Counted from the stretch's first letter, positions 17,585 to 29,413 are shown. The stretch: 42,173 bases of DNA from an uncultured Candidatus Saccharibacteria bacterium (GCA_964575755.1 CAZNRH010000002.1:136351-178523), one strand, 5' to 3'. Notes: generated by a model not told the origin, from the sequence alone. Made by a program: numbers and translations.

Positions 17585-18091
17585 TTAAGAAAATAATTTA
17601 ATTGTTTTTAATATATCTACATCTATTCCTTCTATATGATCGTACTCGTTTATCTCCCCTGCATCAACCCACGCAAAATCGGTAAATCCATCCTTTGGTA
17701 TTACATCCCCTTCCACATAGCGTACAGCGAATCGAACCAAAACAGACGGAGTGCCGTCTTTACGTATAAAAAATACACTATCAAGATATTGAGGGCGCTT
17801 ATCAGCCACTATTCCAGCCTTTTCATCGACAACAAAGCTTACGTGACCCTCCAGTGGGTGATTAAAATTTAATACCCCATCACTAACAATGTCTGGCATC
17901 AGTGCATCAAAACCACCCCAACTTAGTCTACCACCAGGTAAAGCCCACTTACCTGGATATACGTCATCATCAGCACTGCGCTTTAAGATAAGGCACTTTT
18001 GGTCGCTCTCTCTATAAACAACAATTGTGGTGACAAAATAAAAAAGCTTGTCTTGTTCAGCATTATCTAGGCTAATTTTATTTGGTGTCAT
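17585..18091 (-). CDS. Nudix-fold paralog with degenerate Nudix box
   Basis: Clear tandem paralog of 17037-17567 (QDKLFYFV, KCLILKR, FAWVDA) but lacks RExxEE; start MTPNK at 18091. Confidence 0.8.
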   Translation of the reverse strand: MTPNKISLDNAEQDKLFYFVTTIVVYRESDQKCLILKRSADDDVYPGKWALPGGRLSWGGFDALMPDIVSDGVLNFNHPLEGHVSFVVDEKAGIVADKRPQYLDSVFFIRKDGTPSVLVRFAVRYVEGDVIPKDGFTDFAWVDAGEINEYDHIEGIDVDILKTIKLFS

Positions 18092-18120
18092 AGTTCTCAA
18101 CAATAATAGTCTCTGACTTT

Positions 18121-18243
18121 TAGAACTTATGCACTTGTGTACGATTCGAGGCACAAGTAGAAAATAGAAGAAGTCATATACGCATATGACGACAGATATT
18201 TTCTATGCAGTAACGAAGAAGCGTGCCAAGTGCGCAAGTTCTA
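18121..18243. mobile_element. ~123-bp palindromic MITE-like element, copy C
   Basis: TIR tagaacttatgcacttg/caagtgcgcaagttcta, 3 bp from the lemA stop. Confidence 0.65.
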
Positions 18244-18246
18244 ACT

Positions 18247-18807
18247 CTAGAATTTTACTTCGACAGGTTCCTTAGCTGCACTTTCATCTTCACCTAATTC
18301 AAAGAATTCCTGAGCACTAAACTTAAATACTCCCGCAACCATGTTTTGTGGAAATGATTCTATTGAAGTATTTAGATCACGAACATTACCATTATAGAAA
18401 CGTCGTGCTGCTTGGATTTTATTCTCTGTGTCAGAAAGTTCTTTTTGAAGTTCAACAAAATTTTCATTTGCTTTAAGATCTGGGTAATTCTCTGAAACTG
18501 CAAACAAGGACTTAAGTGCTCCTGTAAGCATATTTTCTGCTTGTCCTTTCTCTTCAAGTCCTCCAGCTCCCATTGCTTTAGCACGCATCTCAGTTACTTT
18601 TTCAAGTGTCTGCTTCTCATGAGAGGCGTACCCCTTCACTGTATTTACTAAGTTTGGAATTAAATCATAACGACGTTTTAACTGCACATCAATGTCAGCC
18701 CACGCCTCTTTTGTTCGGTTTATAAATGTTACAAATCTGTTGTACGCAAAGATTGTCCAAAGTACAATAACTGCAACCACTCCTAAAATAATGTAGAGAA
18801 TATTCAT
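18247..18807 (-). CDS. lemA: LemA family protein
   Basis: AWADIDVQLKRRYDLIPNLV, ENYPDLKAN and ARRFYN. Confidence 0.95.
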   Translation of the reverse strand: MNILYIILGVVAVIVLWTIFAYNRFVTFINRTKEAWADIDVQLKRRYDLIPNLVNTVKGYASHEKQTLEKVTEMRAKAMGAGGLEEKGQAENMLTGALKSLFAVSENYPDLKANENFVELQKELSDTENKIQAARRFYNGNVRDLNTSIESFPQNMVAGVFKFSAQEFFELGEDESAAKEPVEVKF

Positions 18808-18938
18808 AGATATATGTTTATATAATAATTTTAATTATTATAGCACGGAATAAATAAACTTGAACGGCTCAACCCATTGAGCCATTTACTGGTTTTGTCT
18901 ATATTTTAAGCCGTCTTAAATAACTAATAAAATCAAAA

Positions 18939-19028
18939 CTAATAAACTATGGACTCCGAAATGAATTTACCTGCTCTATTAAGAGTAACAAGATAGATCC
19001 CCACCATTCGTCTAAAAAACGATTTCAC
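18939..19028 (-). CDS. Candidate 29-aa small protein
   Basis: GTG-start MKSFFRRMVGIYLVTLNRAGKFISESIVY* with GAGGTG RBS and a hairpin at ~18863-18887 downstream. Confidence 0.3.
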   Translation of the reverse strand: MKSFFRRMVGIYLVTLNRAGKFISESIVY

Positions 19029-19204
19029 AACCACCTCATTTAATAAAGAAAATTAAAGACCACTTATAATAGATTCTGACATAAATAATCCAACAAGCCG
19101 ATGAAATAAGTTTATCTTTTTATAGAAGTCACTGTTTCTATCAGTGTGAGAATGTTTCTTTGGAAAATCTACAAGTTGTTCATGCTTTTGGTATACTCAA
19201 AATT

Positions 19205-19753
19205 ATGAACAGTCGGAATATATTTTTTATAGGTCCTGCTAGTGTTGGGAAATCAACCGTAGCTAAACTTCTAGCAGACAAGGTTAAATATGATTTTGTG
19301 GACATAGACTTAAAGTTTTGTGAAGAAATAGGTCTTATTCCTGACTATGTGAGACAACACAGCTACACAGAGTATTGTGAAAGAAATTCTAGGTTGGTTG
19401 ACGACTTATTAATACGCTATCCAAACAATACTGTCTTTGCAACACCTTCTGGCTTCTTAGTTCACGAAGATTCTCCTCATCTAGTAGAAAAACATATCAA
19501 ACTCATTAGACAAAAAGGTATTTCGATTTTACTATTACCTTCAAAAAACCCTCTGAACTCTGTTGATATCATTATTAAAAGACAACAATCACGATGGGAC
19601 GATGTCACAGTTTCCAAAGAAAAACGTCGTTTTATTCAACGTTTCCACAAGTACAAGAATTATGGAGATATCAAGATATTCTCCTTGGAAGAACCGACAA
19701 AAATTGCTACTAAAATTTTGCAACAGTTAAGACGTAAAAATCTATACATGTAA
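19205..19753 (+). CDS. Shikimate kinase-like P-loop kinase
   Basis: NIFFIGPASVGKSTVAKLLA..FVDID; likely start MNSR at 19205. Confidence 0.75.
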   Translation: MNSRNIFFIGPASVGKSTVAKLLADKVKYDFVDIDLKFCEEIGLIPDYVRQHSYTEYCERNSRLVDDLLIRYPNNTVFATPSGFLVHEDSPHLVEKHIKLIRQKGISILLLPSKNPLNSVDIIIKRQQSRWDDVTVSKEKRRFIQRFHKYKNYGDIKIFSLEEPTKIATKILQQLRRKNLYM

Positions 19754-19845
19754 CTGAACTTTTTAAAACAATTCTTGTCGGAGCAAACTCTTTCCTTTCA
19801 TAAAATTTACAAGAGGTAATTAGTAAATTAAGAAGTCACACTAGC

Positions 19846-19877
19846 AAAAAAACGACCTGTTTGTGCAGGTCGTTTTT
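19846..19877 (-). terminator. groEL terminator
   Basis: aaaaacgacctg/caggtcgttttt hairpin with T tails on both strands. Confidence 0.7.
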
Positions 19878-19894
19878 CCCTCTATGTGCTGTTG

Positions 19895-21580
<1,686 letters not shown>

Positions 21581-21597
21581 CTAATTTTTAAAATAAG

Positions 21598-21936
21598 TTA
21601 TTTAATCACTGCTAAAATAGCATCTTCCCGAAGCATGTAATGCACTATGTTATTAATAGTAATCTCGTCGTGCCCGTATTTTGAGAAAAGTACAATATCC
21701 CCAACTTTTACTTTCATGGGTACCACTTTCCCGTCATCAATAACCCTACCTTCCCCTACTGCAATAACCTTGCCTTGCTCTGGTTTTTCTTGATCTACTG
21801 TCTCTGGAATAATAATTCCAGCTTTTGTTTTCTCCTCTCTTGTGGGTAATTCGAGAAGCACTCTATCTCCTAAAGGAACTACTTTATAAGTCTCTTTCGA
21901 ACTCTTTTTTGCATTTTTTGGTGAGCTTTTTACCAT
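21598..21936 (-). CDS. groS: Co-chaperonin GroES
   Basis: PLGDRVL, KTKAGIIIP and VKVGDIVLFSKYG; directly upstream of groEL. Confidence 0.96.
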   Translation of the reverse strand: MVKSSPKNAKKSSKETYKVVPLGDRVLLELPTREEKTKAGIIIPETVDQEKPEQGKVIAVGEGRVIDDGKVVPMKVKVGDIVLFSKYGHDEITINNIVHYMLREDAILAVIK

Positions 21937-22070
21937 AATATTTTAACTATTTTATTATATTAATTAGGATTATATCGCGGTAATTATACAGTTCAAATAT
22001 TTTGTGTCAAACGTCAAACGAGGACACAGAGACTTGCCAATTTCTCTACCCCTGCTATACTAGCTTTCAA

Positions 22071-22304
22071 ATGGAAACACTTTCCGCGATATTACCATAC
22101 ATTCAAATCGCACTCTCTATACTCCTAGTCATTGCTATAATTTTGCAACAGACTGGTGCTGGCCTTGGAGGTGCTTTTGGTGGTAGTGACTCAAGCAGTG
22201 GCTTTCACACTAGGCGCGGTTTTGAAAAGGTACTATTCAACATAACAATTATACTTGCTGTTTTGTTCGCACTGTCGGCACTTATTGCTCTTATTGCTAA
22301 ATAA
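22071..22304 (+). CDS. secG: Preprotein translocase subunit SecG
   Basis: Two TM helices around ILQQTGAGLGGAFGG..TRRGFEKVL; start METL at 22071. Confidence 0.9.
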   Translation: METLSAILPYIQIALSILLVIAIILQQTGAGLGGAFGGSDSSSGFHTRRGFEKVLFNITIILAVLFALSALIALIAK

Positions 22305-22401
22305 TAATTACTAAAATATAAATCTTGCATTTATAAACAGAAATATTCTATTCTGTATTTATACATATTAACTACGTATATTACTGCATGAAGCTACTCC
22401 T

Positions 22402-24165
22402 GTGAAAGACTCTATAAAAAACTACATACAAAGCCTTATGTCTGTTATTAACACAGACATTAAAATCCCCCACTCAGACACACTTGAACATTCAATTCGC
22501 TCCCTTTCTTATTTTGAAAAAGTGGTGTTTTGGTTACTAGTCTTGGTGCTTATGTTTAGCACTCTGGGTATATTTTCAAACATAAATGACTCTATACTCG
22601 TAGAAGTAGAAGCGACTGGTGGTAGCTTTACAGAAGGAATTGTTGGTTCTCCACGCTTCATAAACCCAATACTGGCTATTTCTGATGCAGACCGTGACCT
22701 GGTTTCTCTTATTTATTCAGGACTCTTAAAAGCAACACCAGAAGGTGCATTAATTGAGGACCTTACAGAAAGCTATACTGTGTCTAACGATGGACTTGTG
22801 TATGAATTTAAAATAAAAGAAGATGCAGTGTTCCACGACGGAGAGAGGGTCACAACTGACGACGTTATCTTCACTATAAACAAAGCTCTAGACCCAGCAT
22901 TGAAAAGTTCCCAGCGTGCAAACTGGGACGGTGTAATTGTTGAAAAAATAGATGACACCACAGTGCGATTCATATTAGCTCGTCCATATGCACCGTTTCT
23001 ACAAAACACAACACTAGGTATACTGCCTGAACATATTTGGAATAACACAGACTCAGAGCAGTTCCAGTTTAGTGAAGAAAACATTGTCCCAATAGGCTCT
23101 GGACCTTATAAGATAAATCGTGTAAAAAAAGACTCTTCTGGAATACCAGAGACTTACGTATTAAAAGCTTTTAAAGACTACTCACTGAACAGACCTTTTA
23201 TTGATAAAATAATTATCCGTTTTTACAAAAACGAATCAGAGCTTATCTCAGCTTTTAATAAAAATTCTATAGACTCCATGAACAGCATTTCCCCAGAAAC
23301 AATCGCGGACATTAACCCTGAGAGAGTTGAGAAGGCACCATTACCACGAATCTTTGCTGTTTTTTTCAATCAAAACAAAGCGCAAATCTTCTCAAACATA
23401 GAAGTTCGCAAAGCCTTGGACACAGCCGTAGACAAAAATAAACTTGTAGAAAATATATTTAAAGGGTATGCTACTCCAATCAGCGGACCTATTCCTCCTT
23501 TAAGTATTACAACTTCTCTGCGTGATGTATCATCACAAGAAGAGTCTTTAAATGGGACAGAAGAAGCAAAAGATATTCTTGAGAGAAATGGATGGGAGAT
23601 TGATGAGGAATTAGGAATACGTGTATCTGAAGATGGTGAGCAACTGAAGTTCTCAATCGCAACATCAAACGTACCTGAGCTTAAAGCTGTAGCTAATATT
23701 CTTAAAGCTACATGGGAAGAAATTGGCGCAAAAGTAAATATTAAGATATTTGAAGCTGGAAATTTAAACCAAAATATTATTCGCCCAAGGGAGTACGACG
23801 CACTGCTGTTTGGAGAAGTGACAGGGCGCGAGCTTGACCTATTTGCATTTTGGCATTCATCACAAAGGAACGACCCTGGGCTTAACATAGCACTGTATGC
23901 AAATATCACTGCAGATAGCTTACTAGAAAAAGGTCGCACCCTACTTGATACTGACTTACGAGACGAAACATATTTAAAATTTGAAAAAGAAGTAAAAAAA
24001 GACGTACCTGCAATTTTCCTTTACTCACCTGACTTTATTTATGTTCTTCCAGAGTACATACAAGGAGTCGACCTTGGTTCTGTAACCACCTCAGGAGACA
24101 GATTCCTTAATGTGCACGAATGGTACATACGAACAGATAAGGTCTGGAATATATTTTCTAAATAA
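22402..24165 (+). CDS. ABC transporter substrate-binding protein, family 5 (peptide type)
   Basis: LIYSGLLK, SNDGLVYEFKIK, FHDGERVTTDDVIFT and PIGSGPYK. Confidence 0.88.
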   Translation: MKDSIKNYIQSLMSVINTDIKIPHSDTLEHSIRSLSYFEKVVFWLLVLVLMFSTLGIFSNINDSILVEVEATGGSFTEGIVGSPRFINPILAISDADRDLVSLIYSGLLKATPEGALIEDLTESYTVSNDGLVYEFKIKEDAVFHDGERVTTDDVIFTINKALDPALKSSQRANWDGVIVEKIDDTTVRFILARPYAPFLQNTTLGILPEHIWNNTDSEQFQFSEENIVPIGSGPYKINRVKKDSSGIPETYVLKAFKDYSLNRPFIDKIIIRFYKNESELISAFNKNSIDSMNSISPETIADINPERVEKAPLPRIFAVFFNQNKAQIFSNIEVRKALDTAVDKNKLVENIFKGYATPISGPIPPLSITTSLRDVSSQEESLNGTEEAKDILERNGWEIDEELGIRVSEDGEQLKFSIATSNVPELKAVANILKATWEEIGAKVNIKIFEAGNLNQNIIRPREYDALLFGEVTGRELDLFAFWHSSQRNDPGLNIALYANITADSLLEKGRTLLDTDLRDETYLKFEKEVKKDVPAIFLYSPDFIYVLPEYIQGVDLGSVTTSGDRFLNVHEWYIRTDKVWNIFSK

Positions 24166-24250
24166 AAACTATCAAAAAATTATTAACAACAAACACTATT
24201 CATAAATCAATTACAATAGAATTATTAAAACTAACTAACACATACAAACA

Positions 24251-26176
24251 ATGACTCCATATAAAAAATCTACATCATCAACATCAAAAAGTAACACTAG
24301 TAAACATCCCGTACGGTCGTATAGGGAGTCTTCAGCTTCTTCCACCACTAACAAAAGATCTTCCAAGAAACCTCATAAAAAATCTACGTCTTCAAACTCT
24401 CGACGCTCTTCTGGAAAGGTAGTGCGTAGACAAGCAACTACCAGTAAAAAGATGGTACACCGGAAATCTCAAGTCCCACGCCATAAAAAACAAGAATCAA
24501 TTCCAGATATAAAAGATGGTGTACGCATCATCCCACTTGGAGGAGTGGAAGAAGTTGGGCGAAACATGACTATCGTTGAGACAGATGAAGATATCGTTAT
24601 TGTAGACGCTGGGTTCCAATTTGTTAACGAAGAGGCGCCCGGTATCGACTATATTCTCCCTAATACAAAATACTTAGAAGATAGAAAACATAAAATACGT
24701 GGCCTGCTTATAACGCACGGACACCTTGATCATATAGGAGGTATCCCATTTATCCTTGACCGTATTGGCAATCCACCTATCTATACCGGTGAACTAACTT
24801 CAATCATGATTAAGAAGCGCGCTGAGGAGTTCGTTGGTGTTAAGCATGATGTTAATATTCTTAAACCGAATGTTCCATTAACTCTTGGTAAACTAAAAAT
24901 TAAAACATTCCCAGTAACTCACTCTATCCCCGACTCAACTGGTATGGTTATTGAGACCAAATACGGAAATGTAGTCTTAAGTGGAGACTTAAAGCTGGAG
25001 CATAATGACGGTATACCAACTGACGAAGAACAAAAAAACTTTGGCAAAGTTGGCGAAGGTAAAAACTTAATACTTATTGCTGACTCAACAAACGCAGAGC
25101 GTGCTGGCTTCTCGATACCAGAGCAAAAAGTTTACGAAACATTGGAACAAATCATACGGGCAACAGATGGACGACTTATCATTGGTACTTTTGCATCACA
25201 GTTTGAGCGACTTATTAAGATCATCGAAATCTGTGAGATTCTTGGTAAAAAAATCGTCGCTGAGGGAAGAAGCATTAAAGTGAATCTCGAAATAGCTGAA
25301 AAAGCTAATCGAGTAAAATTTAAAAGAGGTACGTTTATACCTGTTCAAGAAATTGCCGATTATGCTCCTGATAAAATCGTTATTCTTGCAACTGGCGCGC
25401 AAGGCGAAAAGTTTGCCGCACTTATGCGTATTGCAACAGGTAAGCATAAATTTATTAAGCTAACTAAGAGGGATACTATAGTACTCTCTTCGTCGGTAAT
25501 TCCTGGAAATGAGATATCTGTACAACGGCTTAAAGACAATTTATACCGACACGCGGGTAATATCATTCACTACAGAACTTCCGATGTGCATGCAACAGGT
25601 CACGGAAACGCAGGAGAGCTTGTATGGATCAACCAACAAATTGGCGCAAAGTTCTTTATGCCTGCATATGGATACTATTCAATGACCTGCTCTCATGCAA
25701 AAGCTGTTATTGAGGCAGGATTTCCTAAAGAAAATGTGGTGCTCGCAGACAACGGTACTATTGTGGACATCATTAAAGGAGAAAAGATGATTATACAAAA
25801 AATGAGCGCTTCTTCAGGGCCGATGATGGTAGACGGGTTCTCGATTGGTGACGTACAAGACGTGGTCATTCGCGATAGAAAATCAATGGCTCAAGACGGG
25901 ATGTTTGTGGTTATTGTAACCATAGACCCTAAGACAGGTAAGCTGCGTAAATCTCCTGATATCATTTCCCGTGGTTTTGTATATTTACGAGAATCTCAGG
26001 ATTTACTCCAGCAAACTCGTCTTATTATCAAAAAGAGTGTTGAGGAGACAACAAAAGGAATGCACCCTATTGACCTTGATTATGTAAAAGAAAATATTAC
26101 CGATACCGTTGCAGCCTTCTTATTCCAGAAGACAAACAAGCACCCTATCGTTATACCAGTTCCTATATTACTCTAG
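24251..26176 (+). CDS. rnj: Ribonuclease J with low-complexity N-terminal extension
   Basis: IIPLGGVEEVGRNM, THGHLDHIGG, HSIPD and HATGH. Confidence 0.93.
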   Translation: MTPYKKSTSSTSKSNTSKHPVRSYRESSASSTTNKRSSKKPHKKSTSSNSRRSSGKVVRRQATTSKKMVHRKSQVPRHKKQESIPDIKDGVRIIPLGGVEEVGRNMTIVETDEDIVIVDAGFQFVNEEAPGIDYILPNTKYLEDRKHKIRGLLITHGHLDHIGGIPFILDRIGNPPIYTGELTSIMIKKRAEEFVGVKHDVNILKPNVPLTLGKLKIKTFPVTHSIPDSTGMVIETKYGNVVLSGDLKLEHNDGIPTDEEQKNFGKVGEGKNLILIADSTNAERAGFSIPEQKVYETLEQIIRATDGRLIIGTFASQFERLIKIIEICEILGKKIVAEGRSIKVNLEIAEKANRVKFKRGTFIPVQEIADYAPDKIVILATGAQGEKFAALMRIATGKHKFIKLTKRDTIVLSSSVIPGNEISVQRLKDNLYRHAGNIIHYRTSDVHATGHGNAGELVWINQQIGAKFFMPAYGYYSMTCSHAKAVIEAGFPKENVVLADNGTIVDIIKGEKMIIQKMSASSGPMMVDGFSIGDVQDVVIRDRKSMAQDGMFVVIVTIDPKTGKLRKSPDIISRGFVYLRESQDLLQQTRLIIKKSVEETTKGMHPIDLDYVKENITDTVAAFLFQKTNKHPIVIPVPILL

Positions 26177-26218
26177 GATATAGTGATTATATGAAACTGT
26201 TGTTATTATTCTAGAGTA

Positions 26219-26269
26219 AGGGCACTGCAACTTGTATTCAATCGTTTCACTCTCGGACAAATCGTTGCA
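26219..26269 (+). repeat. Short hairpin element related to the DUF1653 insertion
   Basis: AGGGCACTGCAACTTGTATTCAATCGTTTCACTCTCGGACAAATCGTTGCA aligns with minus-strand 14698-14646. Confidence 0.55.
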
Positions 26270-26325
26270 CCTCATTACATAATACCGGTACTGATATTGT
26301 TATAAAAATTTAGTACAATTTAAAA

Positions 26326-27510
26326 ATGGATTCATTAAATAAAAAAATAGTAACTAACAACAGAGGCTTCGGGCTCTTGTATGTTATTAACTTTATTATC
26401 TCATTCCATCTATTTTTAATTGTCTACTTCAACTCAAACTTTCTAAATTCAGAAGGATTCTCTAATAGTCATGTCAGTGTCATATACATAATAGGATCTA
26501 TATTAAATATAGGCGCTTTATTTCTATTACCAAAAATGTTAAAGAAGTTTGGAAACTATTCATCTGTACTTGTTCTTATTGCGCTTGAGCTAGTTGCCTT
26601 CTGGACACTTGCTTTCACTGATAACACACAAGCCACTCTTCTCGCATTTATAGCTTACCTGCTTATATATCCACTTATACTGGTATCTTTTGATGTATTC
26701 CTTGAAAGAATGGTGAGTGACGAAAGCACAACAGGTAGCATTAGGGGTATATTTTTAACCATAACAAACTCAGCGCTTATTATAGCGCCTCTTACAGCTG
26801 GTTTCTTACTTGATGGAGACGGATTTAGAAACATGTACTTTATAGCTGGCGCATTTCTTATACCTCTATTTATAATTATTGGTTGGTATTTTAAAGGCTT
26901 TACTAACTTAGAATACGAGCAAATCCAGTATAGAAATGTTATTAATGAGTTCAAAGAAAAGAAGGATCTACGTAATATCTTTATATCATACTTCTCTCTT
27001 CGTCTTTTCTTCTCCTTTATGGTTATTTACACACCGCTATTTCTACACAACACTATTGGTTTTTCTTTCTCTGAGATTGGAATACTGTTTGCTATTATGC
27101 TCCTCCCATTTGCATTATTTGAGATACCCCTTGGTAAAATAGCTGACAAATGGCTCGGCGAAAAAGAAATACTAGTAGCTGGATTTATTATTGCAGGACT
27201 ATCAACTATGGCTATTCCTTTTATAACAACATCTAGTTTTGTTATATGGGCAACGGTGCTCTTTATTACACGAATAGGAGCAAGCGCAATAGAGATAATG
27301 ACGGAGAGTCATTTCTTTAAGCATGTTAATGGAGAAGATGTGGACACTATTAGCCTATTTAGAATGCTTCGACCTCTTGGTTATATCGCAGGACCAATGC
27401 TTGGTTTTGTATTCCTTAGTTTTATAGATATACGATTTGTATTTATTATTCCTAGTTTAATACTTTTACTTTCAATCTTCCCAGCTTCAAATATTGAAGA
27501 TACAAGATAA
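26326..27510 (+). CDS. MFS transporter
   Basis: About 12 TM helices and GKIADKWLGEK loop motif. Confidence 0.85.
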   Translation: MDSLNKKIVTNNRGFGLLYVINFIISFHLFLIVYFNSNFLNSEGFSNSHVSVIYIIGSILNIGALFLLPKMLKKFGNYSSVLVLIALELVAFWTLAFTDNTQATLLAFIAYLLIYPLILVSFDVFLERMVSDESTTGSIRGIFLTITNSALIIAPLTAGFLLDGDGFRNMYFIAGAFLIPLFIIIGWYFKGFTNLEYEQIQYRNVINEFKEKKDLRNIFISYFSLRLFFSFMVIYTPLFLHNTIGFSFSEIGILFAIMLLPFALFEIPLGKIADKWLGEKEILVAGFIIAGLSTMAIPFITTSSFVIWATVLFITRIGASAIEIMTESHFFKHVNGEDVDTISLFRMLRPLGYIAGPMLGFVFLSFIDIRFVFIIPSLILLLSIFPASNIEDTR

Positions 27511-27521
27511 AGACATTCTCC

Positions 27522-27770
27522 CTAGTTTGTATGTCCACCAACCTCAATGACTGTCTTTTGTAGACTTTGTCCTTTTTTGTGTGAGACTGGAATGATTAAA
27601 ATAGCGACAATATATATAAGTGTACCTGGAATGATTCCACTAAACACAGTAACAGCAACCCATCCCAGTCGTAGAATAGTTGAATCAATATCAAAATACT
27701 CCCCTAGCCCGCCACATACACCTGCTATAATCTTGTCTTCTTTTGATCTATATATTTTTTGTGTCGTCAT
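27522..27770 (-). CDS. PspC domain protein
   Basis: KIYRSKEDKIIAGVCGGLGEYFDIDSTILRL. Confidence 0.9.
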   Translation of the reverse strand: MTTQKIYRSKEDKIIAGVCGGLGEYFDIDSTILRLGWVAVTVFSGIIPGTLIYIVAILIIPVSHKKGQSLQKTVIEVGGHTN

Positions 27771-27810
27771 ATTTTTACATACTATATTACTTAAATTAGT
27801 TGACATAAAT

Positions 27811-28494
27811 TTATAATGAATAAATCACATCTTTACGCTCAACTACAACCTTCCAGCCCATACGTTTAGCATGTTCATACAAGTTACTGTTCGGATTGAA
27901 GCATATTGGATTTTCTACTAACTCAAGAAGAGAAATGTCCCCTTCTGTATCCCCAACTCCTATAGAGCCTTCAAGTGTAAGCCCTTCTTTTCCAACTGCA
28001 CGCTGTACAATACCAGCTTTATCTACTATCAAATGCTCGTCAATTATTTCACCGGTAAATAAATCCTGAGCATCTATTTCAAATAGACGTCCATATACTT
28101 TATTGAAGCCAAGATTCTTACAAAACCCATCTACGGCAGTTTTTGGGGATTGAGACACTGCAAGTAAATAATATCCGTCTTTTTTTAATTCTTTTATCAA
28201 GTCACGAGTATATCGGTACACACGCTTACTTTGTCTCTCTGTTACACTTCTCGCTACATCAATAAAAGTCCCGTAATGTACTCCTTTAATATTTTTCATA
28301 AACACTCTTACAACAGCATTTATGTATTCTTCGTAACTACCCTCCCTCTCAAACCATTTAAGATACTCTTTCTCATATTCTTCTGAAGCTTTTTTCGAAA
28401 AGATTCCTTCCTCCATCATAGTTTCAACAAGTTCAATTACCATACTAGAGCGAAATATAGTTCCATCTACATCAAAAATAGCTACTTTTTTCAT
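27811..28494 (-). CDS. HAD-superfamily hydrolase, subfamily IB
   Basis: AIFDVDGT, VSQSP and GVGDTEGDISLL. Confidence 0.88.
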   Translation of the reverse strand: MKKVAIFDVDGTIFRSSMVIELVETMMEEGIFSKKASEEYEKEYLKWFEREGSYEEYINAVVRVFMKNIKGVHYGTFIDVARSVTERQSKRVYRYTRDLIKELKKDGYYLLAVSQSPKTAVDGFCKNLGFNKVYGRLFEIDAQDLFTGEIIDEHLIVDKAGIVQRAVGKEGLTLEGSIGVGDTEGDISLLELVENPICFNPNSNLYEHAKRMGWKVVVERKDVIYSL

Positions 28495-28653
28495 ACCGAC
28501 ATATTAGCATAATACCTAAGAGAAAGAACGGTGAAATATCACACCACAATTCACTCCAAGTGCACCAGTTAACTAATGTACTTGTGGTGACAGTTAATAT
28601 AAATATGTACTAACGAACGTTTGTATTACTGCTTCAAGTTCAAATAAGTTTAA

Positions 28654-29322
28654 TTACTTAGACAATGGCCAAATGTCATTTGCTTCAGGATATATTTTAG
28701 TTAGTGGATGCTCTAAACAATCATGCTTTCGGGCTGGGCACATATAACGGCCGTACATAACCATTTGATGATTTACATATTTCCAATCTTCTTTAGGAAT
28801 AATTTCCATTAGATCCTTTTCAATCCTCGCAGGGTCTTTGTAGTCAGTTAGATCAAAACGTATTGCAAGCCTACGCACGTGGGTATCGACAGCTATACCT
28901 TCGTATATATCATACGCATTCCCGAGTACCACGTTTGCGGTCTTTCGAGCTACTCCAGGGATGGTAAGCATTTCTTCCGTGGTCTTTGGAAGTTTTCCTT
29001 TAAAATCATCTTTTATGACACGAGCAGCGCCAAGTATGTTCTTAGTTTTATTTCTGTAAAAACCAGTTGGCCGTATATCTTGTTCGAACTCTTCTTGTGT
29101 AGCTCTCACATAATCATCAAGGGTTTTATATTTTTTAAAAAGAGTTTCTGTAACCTCGTTTACTCGCTTATCGGTACACTGCGCTGAAAGAATCACAGAG
29201 ACTAAAAGCTCCCAATTGTTTGTACAGTTAAGTTCTGTTTTAGAATCTGGATAGAGTTTTTTCAAAACTTTAAGCATGCTCTTCACTCTCTCCTCCCTTT
29301 TTGTTTTTTTGATTTGCTCCAT
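28654..29322 (-). CDS. nth: Endonuclease III (HhH-GPD glycosylase)
   Basis: ILSAQCTDKRVN, IPGVARKTANVV and VDTHV. Confidence 0.93.
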   Translation of the reverse strand: MEQIKKTKREERVKSMLKVLKKLYPDSKTELNCTNNWELLVSVILSAQCTDKRVNEVTETLFKKYKTLDDYVRATQEEFEQDIRPTGFYRNKTKNILGAARVIKDDFKGKLPKTTEEMLTIPGVARKTANVVLGNAYDIYEGIAVDTHVRRLAIRFDLTDYKDPARIEKDLMEIIPKEDWKYVNHQMVMYGRYMCPARKHDCLEHPLTKIYPEANDIWPLSK

Positions 29323-29384
29323 TAAAAACTATCGTAACATAAATATTAATTTGTTGAGTTTTTATCAAAATTTTAGAACTTTGT

Positions 29385-29413
29385 TTGACAAATGTACTGG
29401 CTAATAGTATAAA
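29385..29413 (+). promoter_or_regulatory. Sigma70-type promoter
   Basis: TTGACA-17 bp-TATAAA upstream of the 29449 ORF. Confidence 0.5.

Noticed and set aside
18092-18154. N-terminal extension of the second Nudix ORF in the ORF track
   Set aside because: Runs into palindromic element C; the paralog alignment starts near ATG 18091
21937-22070. CIRCE/HrcA operator upstream of groES
   Set aside because: No TTAGCACTC-N9-GAGTGCTAA match seen
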